Virus record (IMG/VR): IMGVR_UViG_2684622554_000001
Source of the DNA: a virus
Taxonomy: Duplodnaviria; Heunggongvirae; Uroviricota; Caudoviricetes
Length of the DNA: 36,569 nt
Strand: one strand, 5' to 3'
Shown here: positions 1 through 8,822 of the stretch, one piece after another
Layout: each line of letters begins with the position of its first letter
Position numbering within the stretch: the stretch's first letter is position 1
Program-made: the position numbers and the translations under genes
Notes under the pieces: generated by a model
The model's input: the letters and a program-made list of their open reading frames with translations, nothing else
Database searches by the model: none
Told to the model about the DNA's origin: nothing

Positions 1-318
1 ATGAAAAAGATAGCTGCTATATCATTAATTAGTATTTTTCTTATGTCTGGGTGTGCTGTACATAATGATGAGACAAGTATCGGTAAATTTGGTCTTGCAT
101 ATAAAAGTAATATTCAGCGTAAACTCGATAACCAATACTACACCGAAGCCGAAGCTTCTTTAGCCAGGGGCAGAATATCTGGTGCAGAAAATATAGTAAA
201 AAATGATGCAGCCCATTTCTGTGTTACTCAGGGCAAAAAAATGCAGATAGTTAAATTGAAGACAGAAGGTGCAGGATTACATGGCGTTGCTCGTCTGACA
301 TTCAAATGTGGAGAGTGA
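1..318 (+). CDS. yegR: Host-flank small exported protein, lipoprotein-like (YegR-like)
   Basis: 105-aa ORF from ATG at position 1. N-terminal hydrophobic signal with lipobox-like LMSGC. Size and position relative to cyaR/yegQ match the E. coli yegR neighbourhood as recalled, not searched. Confidence 0.55.
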   Translation: MKKIAAISLISIFLMSGCAVHNDETSIGKFGLAYKSNIQRKLDNQYYTEAEASLARGRISGAENIVKNDAAHFCVTQGKKMQIVKLKTEGAGLHGVARLTFKCGE

Positions 319-646
319 GAATAGATTCAAGACTACCATGCACATATTTATTTTATCTGTGATGGGATATTCTTCAACACCATTATTGAATGTGAGTAAT
401 AATGACAAACAGATAGATGAAACTAAAGCAGAATTTTTATTTTATGCAGCCATCAGAAAATGATGTCAAAAATATTCCAATGCTTTAGGTTCATTTTTTG
501 GTAAGCGTCAAACATGCGCGTTCTGGCTGTGCGTAACCGGAACCTGTGCGAGCACGATGTCGATAAGTGAAAGGCATCGTGCTATTAAGGGAGATTCTAT
601 CGATGTGGTCAATGGAAGACGGTGACCAGGGATAGGGCTTATGCAT

Positions 647-673
647 AAAAAATAAGCCTGTGTAAGGGAGATT
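647..673. repeat. attL core, 27-bp P2-type attachment core (one mismatch to the attR copy)
   Basis: AAAAAATAAGCCTGTGTAAGGGAGATT matches the 35037..35063 copy at 26 of 27 positions (T at 659 versus C). It lies immediately next to the int 3' end, as in P2. Confidence 0.8.
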
Positions 674-752
674 TAGGGTGTCACCAGTAGGGGCTTTCAA
701 CGGTACAATGCGGGTTTGAGCGGCATAAATTACCACTGAAAGCCCTTAAACG

Positions 753-1766
753 TTACTCTACTGTGGACACTGTGTGGACACTCTCGACCTCAGTACCACC
801 TCTTAGCGGATTAAGAGAAATGGCGTCCTGAAGGTACTCTGGCGCAAAATGAGCGTAAACCATAGTTTGCTCAATCCGCGTGTGACCTAGTATCCGTTGT
901 AGCGTGATAATACTTCCTCCATTAATCATGAAATGAGTGGCAAAGCTGTGCCTTAGTGCATGTGTAGCTTGCCCCATTGGCAAATCCGGTTTTATTGCTT
1001 TCATTGTTCGTCTGAAGCGAGGGTAATCAGCATCAGGGAATAAAAAACCTCGTTTGTTATCCGCGATCATTTTGGCAACAGCCTCTGAGATCGGGACGGT
1101 GCGTGGTTTGTTTGTTTTCGTTTTAACAAACGTGACGCGGTTATGGATGATATTTTCTGCTTTCAAACGAGCTGCTTCTCCCCAACGTGCTCCAGTACTC
1201 AGGCAAAGAATCGCAATCTTTTTGTTGTCGCCGTCAAGAGCAGCAAGCAGTAAGGCAATTTCTTCCTGCGTGAGATAGCCTGTGTCTGGTTTTTCCTCCT
1301 TAAGCCTTTTTGTCCCTCTGATAGGGTGCTCACCAAAGAATAACTCCGCTTCAATCAGGGCTGTAAACATGCCGCTAATACATGTTAAATCACGATTGAT
1401 ACTCGAAGGTTTAATACCCTGACTTCTTCGGGTGGCGCAGTACTGGCTGATAAGCGATTTCGTAATTTGAAATGCGCATGGGTCATTCGTTATTTTTGTG
1501 AAGATTTCAATTTTCCCAAGATTAGATTTCCCATGCTCTTCGTGTTTACCCTTTAAATCCCACCAGATCTGTGTCAGCTCCGACAGACGTCGCTTGTCTG
1601 TTGGTTTTGATAGCCATTCTTTATTGTGGTGGTTGTACAACGTGTATTTCTCGAAAGCGACAGCTTCGCTTTTCTTATCAAACTTCCTACGGATGCGTTT
1701 TCCATTACGTCCAGTAGGGCGGATGTCCACTTCATATCGACCATCATCGAGTTTTTTGATTGCCAT
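753..1766 (-). CDS. int: Tyrosine integrase (P2 Int-like)
   Basis: 337 aa, the same length as P2 Int. C-terminal HALRHSFATHF and LGHTRIEQTMVYAH motifs fit the tyrosine recombinase R..HxxR..Y catalytic set. ATG at 1766 is preceded by a GGAGGG SD. Adjacent to the att core. Confidence 0.95.
   Translation of the reverse strand: MAIKKLDDGRYEVDIRPTGRNGKRIRRKFDKKSEAVAFEKYTLYNHHNKEWLSKPTDKRRLSELTQIWWDLKGKHEEHGKSNLGKIEIFTKITNDPCAFQITKSLISQYCATRRSQGIKPSSINRDLTCISGMFTALIEAELFFGEHPIRGTKRLKEEKPDTGYLTQEEIALLLAALDGDNKKIAILCLSTGARWGEAARLKAENIIHNRVTFVKTKTNKPRTVPISEAVAKMIADNKRGFLFPDADYPRFRRTMKAIKPDLPMGQATHALRHSFATHFMINGGSIITLQRILGHTRIEQTMVYAHFAPEYLQDAISLNPLRGGTEVESVHTVSTVE
763..781 (+). promoter_or_regulatory. 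Direct repeats TGTGGACAC x2, candidate Int arm-type binding sites
   Basis: TGTGGACAC at 763..771 and 773..781, inside the 3' end of int and next to the att core. The P2 arm-site consensus is recalled from memory. Confidence 0.45.
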
Positions 1767-1881
1767 CAGAAAACCCTCCGAGTGGTGTGTTTTTTTGCGA
1801 CTACTAATCGCTTTTTTCGTGGTGGCTGAAATTTAGCCACCAATAGTAGGCACTTGTGATGAATATATTCACGATGAATTG

Positions 1882-2181
1882 TTAACCAGTCTTTTGACCG
1901 GAGTGGGGCGACGTTGTTTCGTTTTGCCCAAAGTGTGCGAGAGCGGGCGCAATTTGCCCGGACTCAGGAGCGATCTGATTGGTCATGAACCATAAAGTGT
2001 ATTTGGTGAATTGTGGGGTCTGCAGGATGTTCATCATGACATCTGTTGGAGGTGTTGAACGACCACTTTCATAGTAACTCAGCGTGCCATACGGAACCCC
2101 TGTTAAATCAGCAAGTTGTTGTCTGCTCAAATACTCTGATTTTCGCATTAAGACTATCTTCTCGCTTATCGTGTTTGACAT
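1882..2181 (-). CDS. C: Immunity repressor C (HTH)
   Basis: 99 aa, the same length as P2 C. Helix-turn-helix-like LSRQQLADLTGVPYGTLSYYESG. Divergent from cox, between int and cox. Confidence 0.9.
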   Translation of the reverse strand: MSNTISEKIVLMRKSEYLSRQQLADLTGVPYGTLSYYESGRSTPPTDVMMNILQTPQFTKYTLWFMTNQIAPESGQIAPALAHFGQNETTSPHSGQKTG

Positions 2182-2260
2182 GGTGTTTAGATCTCAATAG
2201 TATTTAGTTTAGATGTAGATTGTTTAGTGCTTGGATGTGGGCACTAAAAGGCATTATAAG
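2175..2260. promoter_or_regulatory. Lysis/lysogeny switch: face-to-face early promoter Pe (rightward) and Pc (leftward), with TTTAG-type direct repeats as candidate C operators
   Basis: TTGACA at 2175..2180, 17-bp spacer, TAGTAT at 2198..2203 on the + strand. A perfect TATAAT on the - strand at 2253..2258. TTTAG repeats at 2186, 2203, 2208 and 2223. The convergent arrangement matches the known P2 switch. Confidence 0.55.
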
Positions 2261-2295
2261 ACATTAAACGCAATTCATGAGGGCTAGAGGACGAC

Positions 2296-2571
2296 ATGAG
2301 CAAGCAAGTAACACTCATGACTGATGCGATTCCTTATCAGGAGTTCGCAAAACTAATAGGAAAATCGACAGGAGCGGTTCGTCGGATGATCGATAAAGGA
2401 AAGCTGCCTGTAATTGATATGACCGATCCACAATCAGCTTCAGGTCGTGCAGGTGAATATTGGGTATACCTTCCGGCATGGAATAACGGACTAAAACTGG
2501 CTTATGAAAGCCGCCCTAAAGAGATTCGTGACGGCTGGTTGATGTGGTTAGGTCTCGGTGAACCACGTTAA
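2296..2571 (+). CDS. cox: Cox (excision directionality factor and Pc repressor)
   Basis: 91 aa, the same length as P2 Cox. ATG at 2296 with a GAGG SD. First gene of the rightward early operon. Confidence 0.9.
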   Translation: MSKQVTLMTDAIPYQEFAKLIGKSTGAVRRMIDKGKLPVIDMTDPQSASGRAGEYWVYLPAWNNGLKLAYESRPKEIRDGWLMWLGLGEPR

Positions 2572-2581
2572 GGAGAACCGT

Positions 2582-2752
2582 ATGAATGAGCCTCGTTGTA
2601 TTGCTCAGTTACTGCGTAACGAAAGCCCCAGGGCGATTGACTTCACCATCACCCACGGTAAGGGGCGTAAGGGAATCATTATCCGCACCAAAAAACAGAG
2701 TCCGTTAAAAAAGGCTCTGACCTTTCTGAAAAGCCGGAGGGTATGGAAATGA
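2582..2752 (+). CDS. Small early protein (P2 orf78 position)
   Basis: ATG at 2582 preceded by AAGGAG at 2570..2575. The track ORF begins at a GTG at 2558 inside cox. Basic 56-aa product. Confidence 0.5.
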   Translation: MNEPRCIAQLLRNESPRAIDFTITHGKGRKGIIIRTKKQSPLKKALTFLKSRRVWK

Positions 2753-3249
2753 CAGTGATGACGCTCAATCTCGTTGAAAAACAGCCAGCAGCTATGCGCC
2801 GGATAATTGGCAAGCATCTTGCCGTCCCTCGCTGGCAGGATACATGTGATTATTTTAATCAGATGATGGAGCGCGAACGGCTAACGGTTTGCTTTCATGC
2901 ACAGTTAAAACAGCGTCACGCAACGATGCGTTTTGAAGAAATGAACGACGTCGAACGTGAACGGCTGGTTTGTGCAATTGATGAATTGCGTGGGGCATTC
3001 TCAAAACGCCGTCAGGTCGGTGCAAGTGAGTATGCATATATTAGTTTTTTAACAGTCAGCCAGCGACGTACTTTATTTATGCACGCACGACTGACAGAAA
3101 AAGAATTCAACCAGCCGTACTGGCGAATTAATGAAGAATCATGTTACTGGCGTGATGCTTTATTCCGTGCATTACGTGAATTATTCAGTCTGTTTGAGTA
3201 TGCACCGACAATTCTGACATCGGTAAAACCAGAGCAATATCTGCATTAA
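2749..3249 (+). CDS. B: Replication protein B (helicase loader-like)
   Basis: 166 aa from the ATG at 2749 (GGAGG SD 8 nt upstream), matching the P2 B length. Position between cox and A. Confidence 0.8.
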   Translation: MTVMTLNLVEKQPAAMRRIIGKHLAVPRWQDTCDYFNQMMERERLTVCFHAQLKQRHATMRFEEMNDVERERLVCAIDELRGAFSKRRQVGASEYAYISFLTVSQRRTLFMHARLTEKEFNQPYWRINEESCYWRDALFRALRELFSLFEYAPTILTSVKPEQYLH

Positions 3250-3311
3250 GTAATTAACCAGAGTTTTTAACGCACTTAATTGTGCGGGGCTTCTTTTGCC
3301 TGGAGAAAGTC

Positions 3312-3536
3312 ATGCATACAGTTTCTGAAAATCAGTGCGGTAAATACGCATTACTGCTGCAACAGGCCAGAACCGAAGCACAGGCCGATGCAGCGACGCG
3401 CTTTTCTTCTCATCTTGACGCCATGATTCGCCACATCACAAAGGCGGAATTATCCCGCGTGGAGATAGTCGAGCTGCTCAGTCAGGAGTCGGAAAAATTT
3501 CACAATATCGGATTGTCTCGCGGGGAGGTGCTTTGA
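3312..3536 (+). CDS. Hypothetical early protein (P2 orf80 position)
   Basis: ATG at 3312 with a GGAG SD. The track ORF starts at a GTG at 3282. Stop overlaps the next start (TGATG). Confidence 0.5.
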   Translation: MHTVSENQCGKYALLLQQARTEAQADAATRFSSHLDAMIRHITKAELSRVEIVELLSQESEKFHNIGLSRGEVL

Positions 3537-3838
3537 TGTCCTGTTCTCGTTCAGTTGTATTACTGAATAACGCCTTAAAAATCGCCGTTATGAAAAATGG
3601 CGATTTATCTCTTATTCAACTTGGTCTTGATAAAGAAAAACGCGAAATAACTGAGTCTGTTATCGCGATTTATCAGAACGAATTAAATCTCCTGTCTGAT
3701 GTGGTCAATTTACTTGTTAAACGCGCTGTATTTCACAAGCAAATCTCCTCCGTGGATGAACTGACGAAATTAACGACAGAAATTGCCAGCTATTGCGCTG
3801 ATGAATTTAAAAAACTTAACGACAAAAGGAGCTGGTAA
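3536..3838 (+). CDS. Hypothetical early protein (P2 orf81 position)
   Basis: ATG at 3536 with a GGAGG SD. About 100 aa. Translationally coupled to its neighbours. Confidence 0.5.
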   Translation: MSCSRSVVLLNNALKIAVMKNGDLSLIQLGLDKEKREITESVIAIYQNELNLLSDVVNLLVKRAVFHKQISSVDELTKLTTEIASYCADEFKKLNDKRSW

Positions 3839-4062
3839 TGCCGGACAACGTAGATTTTATTCAGGAACAACAGGCTGAATTACTGGAGCGTCAGATTAAC
3901 GCGGCAAGGGTAAAACATTGCGGTGCTTCTGCGCTGATTTGCGAAGAGTGTGACGCGCCAATACCTGCTGCCCGTCGTGCGGCTTATCCGTCAGCCACGC
4001 GTTGTGTTTCCTGCCAGTCAGTCTTTGAAGCAAAAAACAAACATTACCGGAGAACGGCATGA
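3838..4062 (+). CDS. TraR/DksA-family C4 zinc-finger protein (P2 orf82 position)
   Basis: 74 aa with CEECDAPIP...x17...CVSCQ (CxxC-x17-CxxC). AAGGAG SD. Confidence 0.8.
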   Translation: MPDNVDFIQEQQAELLERQINAARVKHCGASALICEECDAPIPAARRAAYPSATRCVSCQSVFEAKNKHYRRTA

Positions 4063-4334
4063 GTATTCGTATTGAAATTGGCGAACGTTATGTCGTTACC
4101 AGTGACAGCTTTCAGTTTATTCTCCACGAGAAAAAGAGAGCGGAAAGCGGTAAAAACGCCGGTCAGGAATGGCTGGCGGTGGTTGGTTATTATCCGAAAT
4201 TAAGCCAGCTCGTTTCCGGCCTGATGCATCACGATATTCTGACCGGAAGCGCAAAGTCTTTTGCTGATTTAAACGCGCAGGTTGAGCAACTCAGCAAGCG
4301 TTGTTCAGAGGCTTTTGGCTCATATGGCCGTTAA
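4059..4334 (+). CDS. Hypothetical early protein (P2 orf83 position)
   Basis: 91-aa ORF, ATG at 4059 with a GGAG SD. Overlaps the A start. Confidence 0.5.
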   Translation: MSIRIEIGERYVVTSDSFQFILHEKKRAESGKNAGQEWLAVVGYYPKLSQLVSGLMHHDILTGSAKSFADLNAQVEQLSKRCSEAFGSYGR

Positions 4335-6600
4335 AGCCTCCGGGCGTTTTGTCCCTCCGTCAGCATTTGCTGCAGGCACCGGTAAGGCGTTTACCGGTGC
4401 TTATGCATGGAACGCGCCACGCGAGGCTGTCGGGCGCGAAAGACCCCTTACACGTGACGAGATGCGTCAGGTGCAAGGTGTTTTATCCACGATTAACCGC
4501 CTGCCTTACTTTTTGCGCTCGCTGTTTACGTCACGCTATGACTACATCCGGCGCAATAAAAGCCCGGTGCACGGGTTTTATTTCCTCACATCCACTTTTC
4601 AGCGTCGTTTATGGCCGCGCATTGAGCGTGTGAATCAGCGCCATGAAATGAACACCGACGCGTCGATGCTGTTTCTGGCTGAGCGTGACCACTATGCGCG
4701 CCTGCCGGGAATGAATGACAAGGAGCTGAAAAAGTTTGCCGCCCGTATCTCATCGCAGCTTTTCATAATGTATGAGGAACTCTGCGATGCCTGGGTGGAT
4801 GCGCATGGCGAGAAAGAATCGCTGTTTACGGATGAGGCGCAGGCTCACCTGTATGGTCATGTTGCTGGCGCTGCACGTGCTTTCAATATTTCCCCGCTCT
4901 ACTGGAAAAAATACCGTAAAGGGCAGATGACCACGAGGCAGGCATATTCTGCCATTGCCCGTCTGTTTAACGATGAGTGGTGGACTCATCAGCTTAAAGG
5001 CCAGCGTATGCGCTGGCATGAGGCGTTACTGATTGCTGTCGGGGAGGTCAATAAAGACCGTTCTCCTTATGCCAGTAAACATGCCATTCGTGATGTGCGT
5101 GCGCGCCGCCAGGCAAATCTGGAATTTCTTAAATCGTGTGACCTTGAAAACAAGGAAACCGGCGAGCGTATCGACCTTATCAGTAAGGTGATGGGCAGTA
5201 TTTCTAATCCAGAAATTCGCCGGATGGAGCTGATGAACACCATCGCCGGTATTGAGCGTTACGCTGCCGCAGAGGGTGATGTGGGGATGTTTATCACGCT
5301 GACCGCGCCGTCAAAGTATCACCCGACACGTCAGGTCAGAAAAGGCGAAAGTAAAACCGTCCAGCTAAATCACGGCTGGAACGATGAGGCATTTAATCCA
5401 AAGGATGCGCAGCGTTATCTCTGCCATATCTGGAGCCTGATGCGCACGGCATTCAAGGATAATGATTTACAGGTCTACGGTTTGCGTGTCGTCGAGCCAC
5501 ACCACGACGGAACGCCGCACTGGCATATGATGCTTTTTTGTAATCCACGCCAGCGTAACCAGATTATCGAAATCATGCGTCGCTATGCGCTCAAAGAGGA
5601 TGGCGACGAAAGAGGAGCCGCGCGAAACCGTTTTCAGGCAAAACACCTTAACCGGGGCGGTGCTGCGGGATATATCGCGAAATACATCTCAAAAAACATC
5701 GACGGCTATGCACTGGATGGTCAGCTCGATAACGATACCGGCAGACCTCTGAAAGATACTGCCGCGGCTGTTACTGCATGGGCGTCAACGTGGCGCATCC
5801 CGCAATTTAAAACGGTTGGTCTGCCGACAATGGGGGCTTACCGTGAACTACGCAAATTGCCGCGCGGCGTCAGCATTGCTGATGAGTTTGACGAGCGCGT
5901 CGAGGCTGCACGCGCCGCCGCAGACAGTGGTGATTTTGCGTTGTATATCAGCGCGCAGGGTGGGGCAAATGTTCCGCGCGATTGCCAGACTGTCAGGGTC
6001 GCCCGTAGTCCGTCGGATGAAGTTAACGAGTACGAGGAAGAAGTCGAGAGAGTGGTCGGCATTTACGCGCCGCATCTCGGCGCGCGTCATATTCATATCA
6101 CCAGAACGACGGACTGGCGCATTGTTCCGAAAGTGCCGGTCGTTGAGCCTTTGACTTTAAAAAGCGGCATCGCCGCGCCTCGGAGTCCTGTCAATAACTG
6201 TGGAAAGCTCACCGGTGGTGATACTTCGTTACCGGCTCCCACACCTTCTGAGCACGCCGCAGCAGTGCTTAATCTGGTTGATGACGGTGTTATCGAATGG
6301 AATGAGCCGGAGGTCGTGAAGGCGCTCAGGGGCGCATTAAAACACGGGCTGGGAACGCCAAATCGTCAGCAAAGAAACGGAAGCCCGTTAAAACCGCATG
6401 AAATTGCACCATCGGCCAGACTGACCCGGCCGGAACGATTGCAAATCACCCGTATCCGCGTTGACCTTGCTCAGAACGGTATCAGGCCGCAGCGATGGGA
6501 GCTTGAGGCGCTGGCGCGTGGGGCAACCGTAAATTATGACGGGAAAAAATTCACGTATCCGGTTGCTGATGAGTGGCCGGGGTTCTCGTTACCCATTTGA
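4324..6600 (+). CDS. A: Replication initiation endonuclease gpA (rolling-circle HUH nickase)
   Basis: 758 aa from the ATG at 4324 (the track start at 4282 is a TTG). Contains the HUH-type motif HWHMMLF. Size close to P2 A as recalled. Confidence 0.95.
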   Translation: MAVKASGRFVPPSAFAAGTGKAFTGAYAWNAPREAVGRERPLTRDEMRQVQGVLSTINRLPYFLRSLFTSRYDYIRRNKSPVHGFYFLTSTFQRRLWPRIERVNQRHEMNTDASMLFLAERDHYARLPGMNDKELKKFAARISSQLFIMYEELCDAWVDAHGEKESLFTDEAQAHLYGHVAGAARAFNISPLYWKKYRKGQMTTRQAYSAIARLFNDEWWTHQLKGQRMRWHEALLIAVGEVNKDRSPYASKHAIRDVRARRQANLEFLKSCDLENKETGERIDLISKVMGSISNPEIRRMELMNTIAGIERYAAAEGDVGMFITLTAPSKYHPTRQVRKGESKTVQLNHGWNDEAFNPKDAQRYLCHIWSLMRTAFKDNDLQVYGLRVVEPHHDGTPHWHMMLFCNPRQRNQIIEIMRRYALKEDGDERGAARNRFQAKHLNRGGAAGYIAKYISKNIDGYALDGQLDNDTGRPLKDTAAAVTAWASTWRIPQFKTVGLPTMGAYRELRKLPRGVSIADEFDERVEAARAAADSGDFALYISAQGGANVPRDCQTVRVARSPSDEVNEYEEEVERVVGIYAPHLGARHIHITRTTDWRIVPKVPVVEPLTLKSGIAAPRSPVNNCGKLTGGDTSLPAPTPSEHAAAVLNLVDDGVIEWNEPEVVKALRGALKHGLGTPNRQQRNGSPLKPHEIAPSARLTRPERLQITRIRVDLAQNGIRPQRWELEALARGATVNYDGKKFTYPVADEWPGFSLPI

Positions 6601-6860
6601 GTAAAAACACAACGTGATTTGATATGGCATTGAATGGCTTATGCGGAGCAGTTATGGGGCAGCAGAAGGTCAATAGCATGCTGAATTAGAAGGCTAAATG
6701 CTATTGAGTGACTAGCATGTCGGTAAGGACGGCCGTTTGATCCGGGTCATAAAAGGCCATCCATTTAGTCTAATAAAATCATTGCGGGTAACCTTATGTC
6801 GACGCATAATTCATCTTGAGCGAAGTCTTGTCAGTCTTTCATCGTATTGATGATGGGCGC

Positions 6861-6893
6861 AAAAAAACCACCCTGGCAGGTGGTTTTTTTGTT
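6861..6893. terminator. Bidirectional rho-independent terminator
   Basis: AAAAAAACCACC-CTGGCA-GGTGGTTTTTTT: perfect 6-bp GC stem flanked by an A-run and a T-run. Sits after A (+) and after the small ORF (-). Confidence 0.7.
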
Positions 6894-6902
6894 TGAAGCA
6901 TA

Positions 6903-7016
6903 TTAAAGCATAATGCTGACATTGATATTACTGACGTTTACTGACAAACCACTCGGACTACCGTTTGGATAGCCAAAGAGGGCCAGAACGAGCATGCAGT
7001 AATAGCATTTCTTCAT
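6903..7016 (-). CDS. Putative 37-aa small hydrophobic protein (MKKCYYCMLVLALFGYPNGSPSGLSVNVSNINVSIML)
   Basis: ATG at 7016..7014 preceded by AGGAGG with a 4-nt spacer. Followed by the 6861..6893 terminator. Only strongly signalled ORF in the tin/old slot. No recognisable family. Confidence 0.3.
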   Translation of the reverse strand: MKKCYYCMLVLALFGYPNGSPSGLSVNVSNINVSIML

Positions 7017-7494
7017 ATTGCCTCCTGTAAGTAGAGGGCAACTTCCACCGGTATATGCGCTTCTTAGGTGGAATGACTTTTGAGCGAAGTCTTGCCCTGA
7101 AATAATGCTCTGTTTAAACGCAAAGTGATTTGGCATATCACCGAACAGAGAGCCGGAAAAACACAACATATAGTATGTCGTTGTTTCTAGACATACATTC
7201 TATGTTGTGTAACAAGGGCTTTGCATTAAACATGTTTGAGATTTTATTGATGTAGCTCAAAGTAAAAAACAGAGACTACGGTTGATAAGGTCTTGAAAGC
7301 AATGTAAATTTTTTAAAGTTGCCAATTGCTTAAAAATGTACAGTTGCGGTATGGCGTACTTAAAAAGCTATGCATGCAACAAGTGAATGTTTTTGCATGC
7401 GTTGGGGATGTCCGTTCAGGCTGCGTGCGGTCAGGACTGGTGCGGATCCATAGTATCTATGCAACTGCATTAAAACCGCCCCGTGAAGCGGGCG

Positions 7495-7513
7495 GGCGAG
7501 GCGGGGAAAGCAC
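7495..7513. other. cos site (19-nt P2/P4-type cohesive end GGCGAGGCGGGGAAAGCAC)
   Basis: Exact match to the P2/P4 cohesive-end sequence as recalled. Embedded in a GC-rich palindromic context. Confidence 0.8.
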
Positions 7514-7657
7514 TGCGCGCAGCCCGTCAAGAATAAAAAACTCTCTTGCAGGTAGAAAACATTCTGTTAACATTTGTCTGGATGAAGTTTAAGTTAGAAA
7601 TTTATGTTAATGAACTGATTGATACTTATGTTTTGTCAATAATTTAGGAATGTTAAG

Positions 7658-8794
7658 ATGACAAGCTATGTTACATGGGCAAATAAAGGTGGAATAGGTA
7701 AATCAACATTATCTTTCCAATTGGCGTTAAAATACGCGAGATTAAACACGAATAAAAAAGTAATCATAATAGATATGAGCCCTCAGTGTGATGTCTCTAG
7801 AATGTTATTGGGGGGAGGGCATTTTAACGGTGAGCAAAAGATCTTGGATAGAATGACCTCTAATCCAAGGTTGACAATTTACCGGTATCTTGAGGCCTGT
7901 GTTAATGATGTTCCTTCTGGGAGGGGATGGCCTGATTCATTATCATACTTAATTGAACCTAATTCTTTTCGAGACGAAAACGCAGAAAAATTGCCTGATA
8001 ATATTAGTATGGTCTGTGGAGATTTCGACTTAGAGAGGGTTACTCATAGTTTAGATAATTTGCCACAACCTCAACCAAGAGGCGGGCGTGTTCCGTCGGG
8101 TGCTCATTACTCAGCATATTTATTGCCACGCACTTTTCTACGGAAAATGGTGGAGGACTTTGAGCGCGAATACAGGGATGTGACAATTTTTATTGATACA
8201 GATCCATATTATTCGGTAGTAACAACACATCTGGGGCTTCTGGCTGCAGACAGGTTGATTTCGGCATACTCTCCTTCATCTCAAGCAAGCCAGTATGCAG
8301 TATATCGTAGCTTAGAGTTTCTATACGATCCTAATTATGGACTGGTGCAAGAGGTTAATACACAGAGAGCAATATATGGTACCCCTTGGTTTGATAGTTT
8401 AAATAATATAATTACAACACCGAATATATCTGTTGCAAATCTTTATATGGTAGTAAGTAACATGAATACGCCTCAGGCTGGAAGAGGACAACCTCCATAC
8501 AGCCAACCCCAAAAACTACATAGACAATCGCAACAAGAAGTTATATCTAGAATTAATGACACATTAAGTAGTTTGGGGATCGCGCATGATTATGTTCATG
8601 ACTATTTATGGGATCTCAAGAGATTAGGTTTGATTTGTGATTATAATGGTTTTGATTTAGCAACAATTCAATTAGGGGAAAATTATGCGGAACCAAGTGA
8701 TGATGGTAATTATTATGTAAATACTACAGGTGGAACACCGATCCAATTATCATCCTATAATGCTAGGATCGAAACTGTTACATCAAAACTATAA
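7658..8794 (+). CDS. Cargo A: ParA/MinD-type P-loop ATPase with about 180-aa C-terminal extension of unknown function
   Basis: 378 aa. Deviant Walker A (K10-GGIGKST17), A' motif VIIIDMSPQ, Walker B-like TIFIDTDP. AT-rich relative to the phage backbone. Own terminator. No adjacent parB-like or centromere partner. Confidence 0.85.
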   Translation: MTSYVTWANKGGIGKSTLSFQLALKYARLNTNKKVIIIDMSPQCDVSRMLLGGGHFNGEQKILDRMTSNPRLTIYRYLEACVNDVPSGRGWPDSLSYLIEPNSFRDENAEKLPDNISMVCGDFDLERVTHSLDNLPQPQPRGGRVPSGAHYSAYLLPRTFLRKMVEDFEREYRDVTIFIDTDPYYSVVTTHLGLLAADRLISAYSPSSQASQYAVYRSLEFLYDPNYGLVQEVNTQRAIYGTPWFDSLNNIITTPNISVANLYMVVSNMNTPQAGRGQPPYSQPQKLHRQSQQEVISRINDTLSSLGIAHDYVHDYLWDLKRLGLICDYNGFDLATIQLGENYAEPSDDGNYYVNTTGGTPIQLSSYNARIETVTSKL

Positions 8795-8801
8795 GAACTA
8801 G

Positions 8802-8822
8802 GGGAGCAAATGCTCCCTTTCT
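8802..8822. terminator. Rho-independent terminator between cargo A and Q (convergent)
   Basis: GGGAGC-AAAT-GCTCCC hairpin followed by TTTCT. Confidence 0.5.

Noticed and set aside
339-464. 41-codon ORF (MHIFILSVMGYSS...) just downstream of yegR
   Set aside because: It has no SD and sits in low-complexity AT-rich sequence with no other support.
491-736. 81-aa minus-strand ORF spanning the attL core
   Set aside because: It crosses the attachment core and the int 3' end, has no SD, and its composition is odd. It is an artefact of the open frame.
2558-2581. GTG start extending the orf78-like ORF into cox
   Set aside because: An ATG at 2582 with a canonical AAGGAG SD is a better start. The longer form overlaps the cox 3' end.
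7326-7592. 88-aa plus-strand ORF with a Gly/Arg-rich translation
   Set aside because: It runs straight through the GC-rich palindromic cos region (7495..7513) and has no SD. It is non-coding DNA read in frame.
7200-7657. Possible retron msr/msd or other structured ncRNA upstream of the ParA-like gene
   Set aside because: There is no reverse transcriptase gene anywhere in the window, and the structured, GC-rich part coincides with cos. The rest is best explained as the promoter and leader of cargo A.
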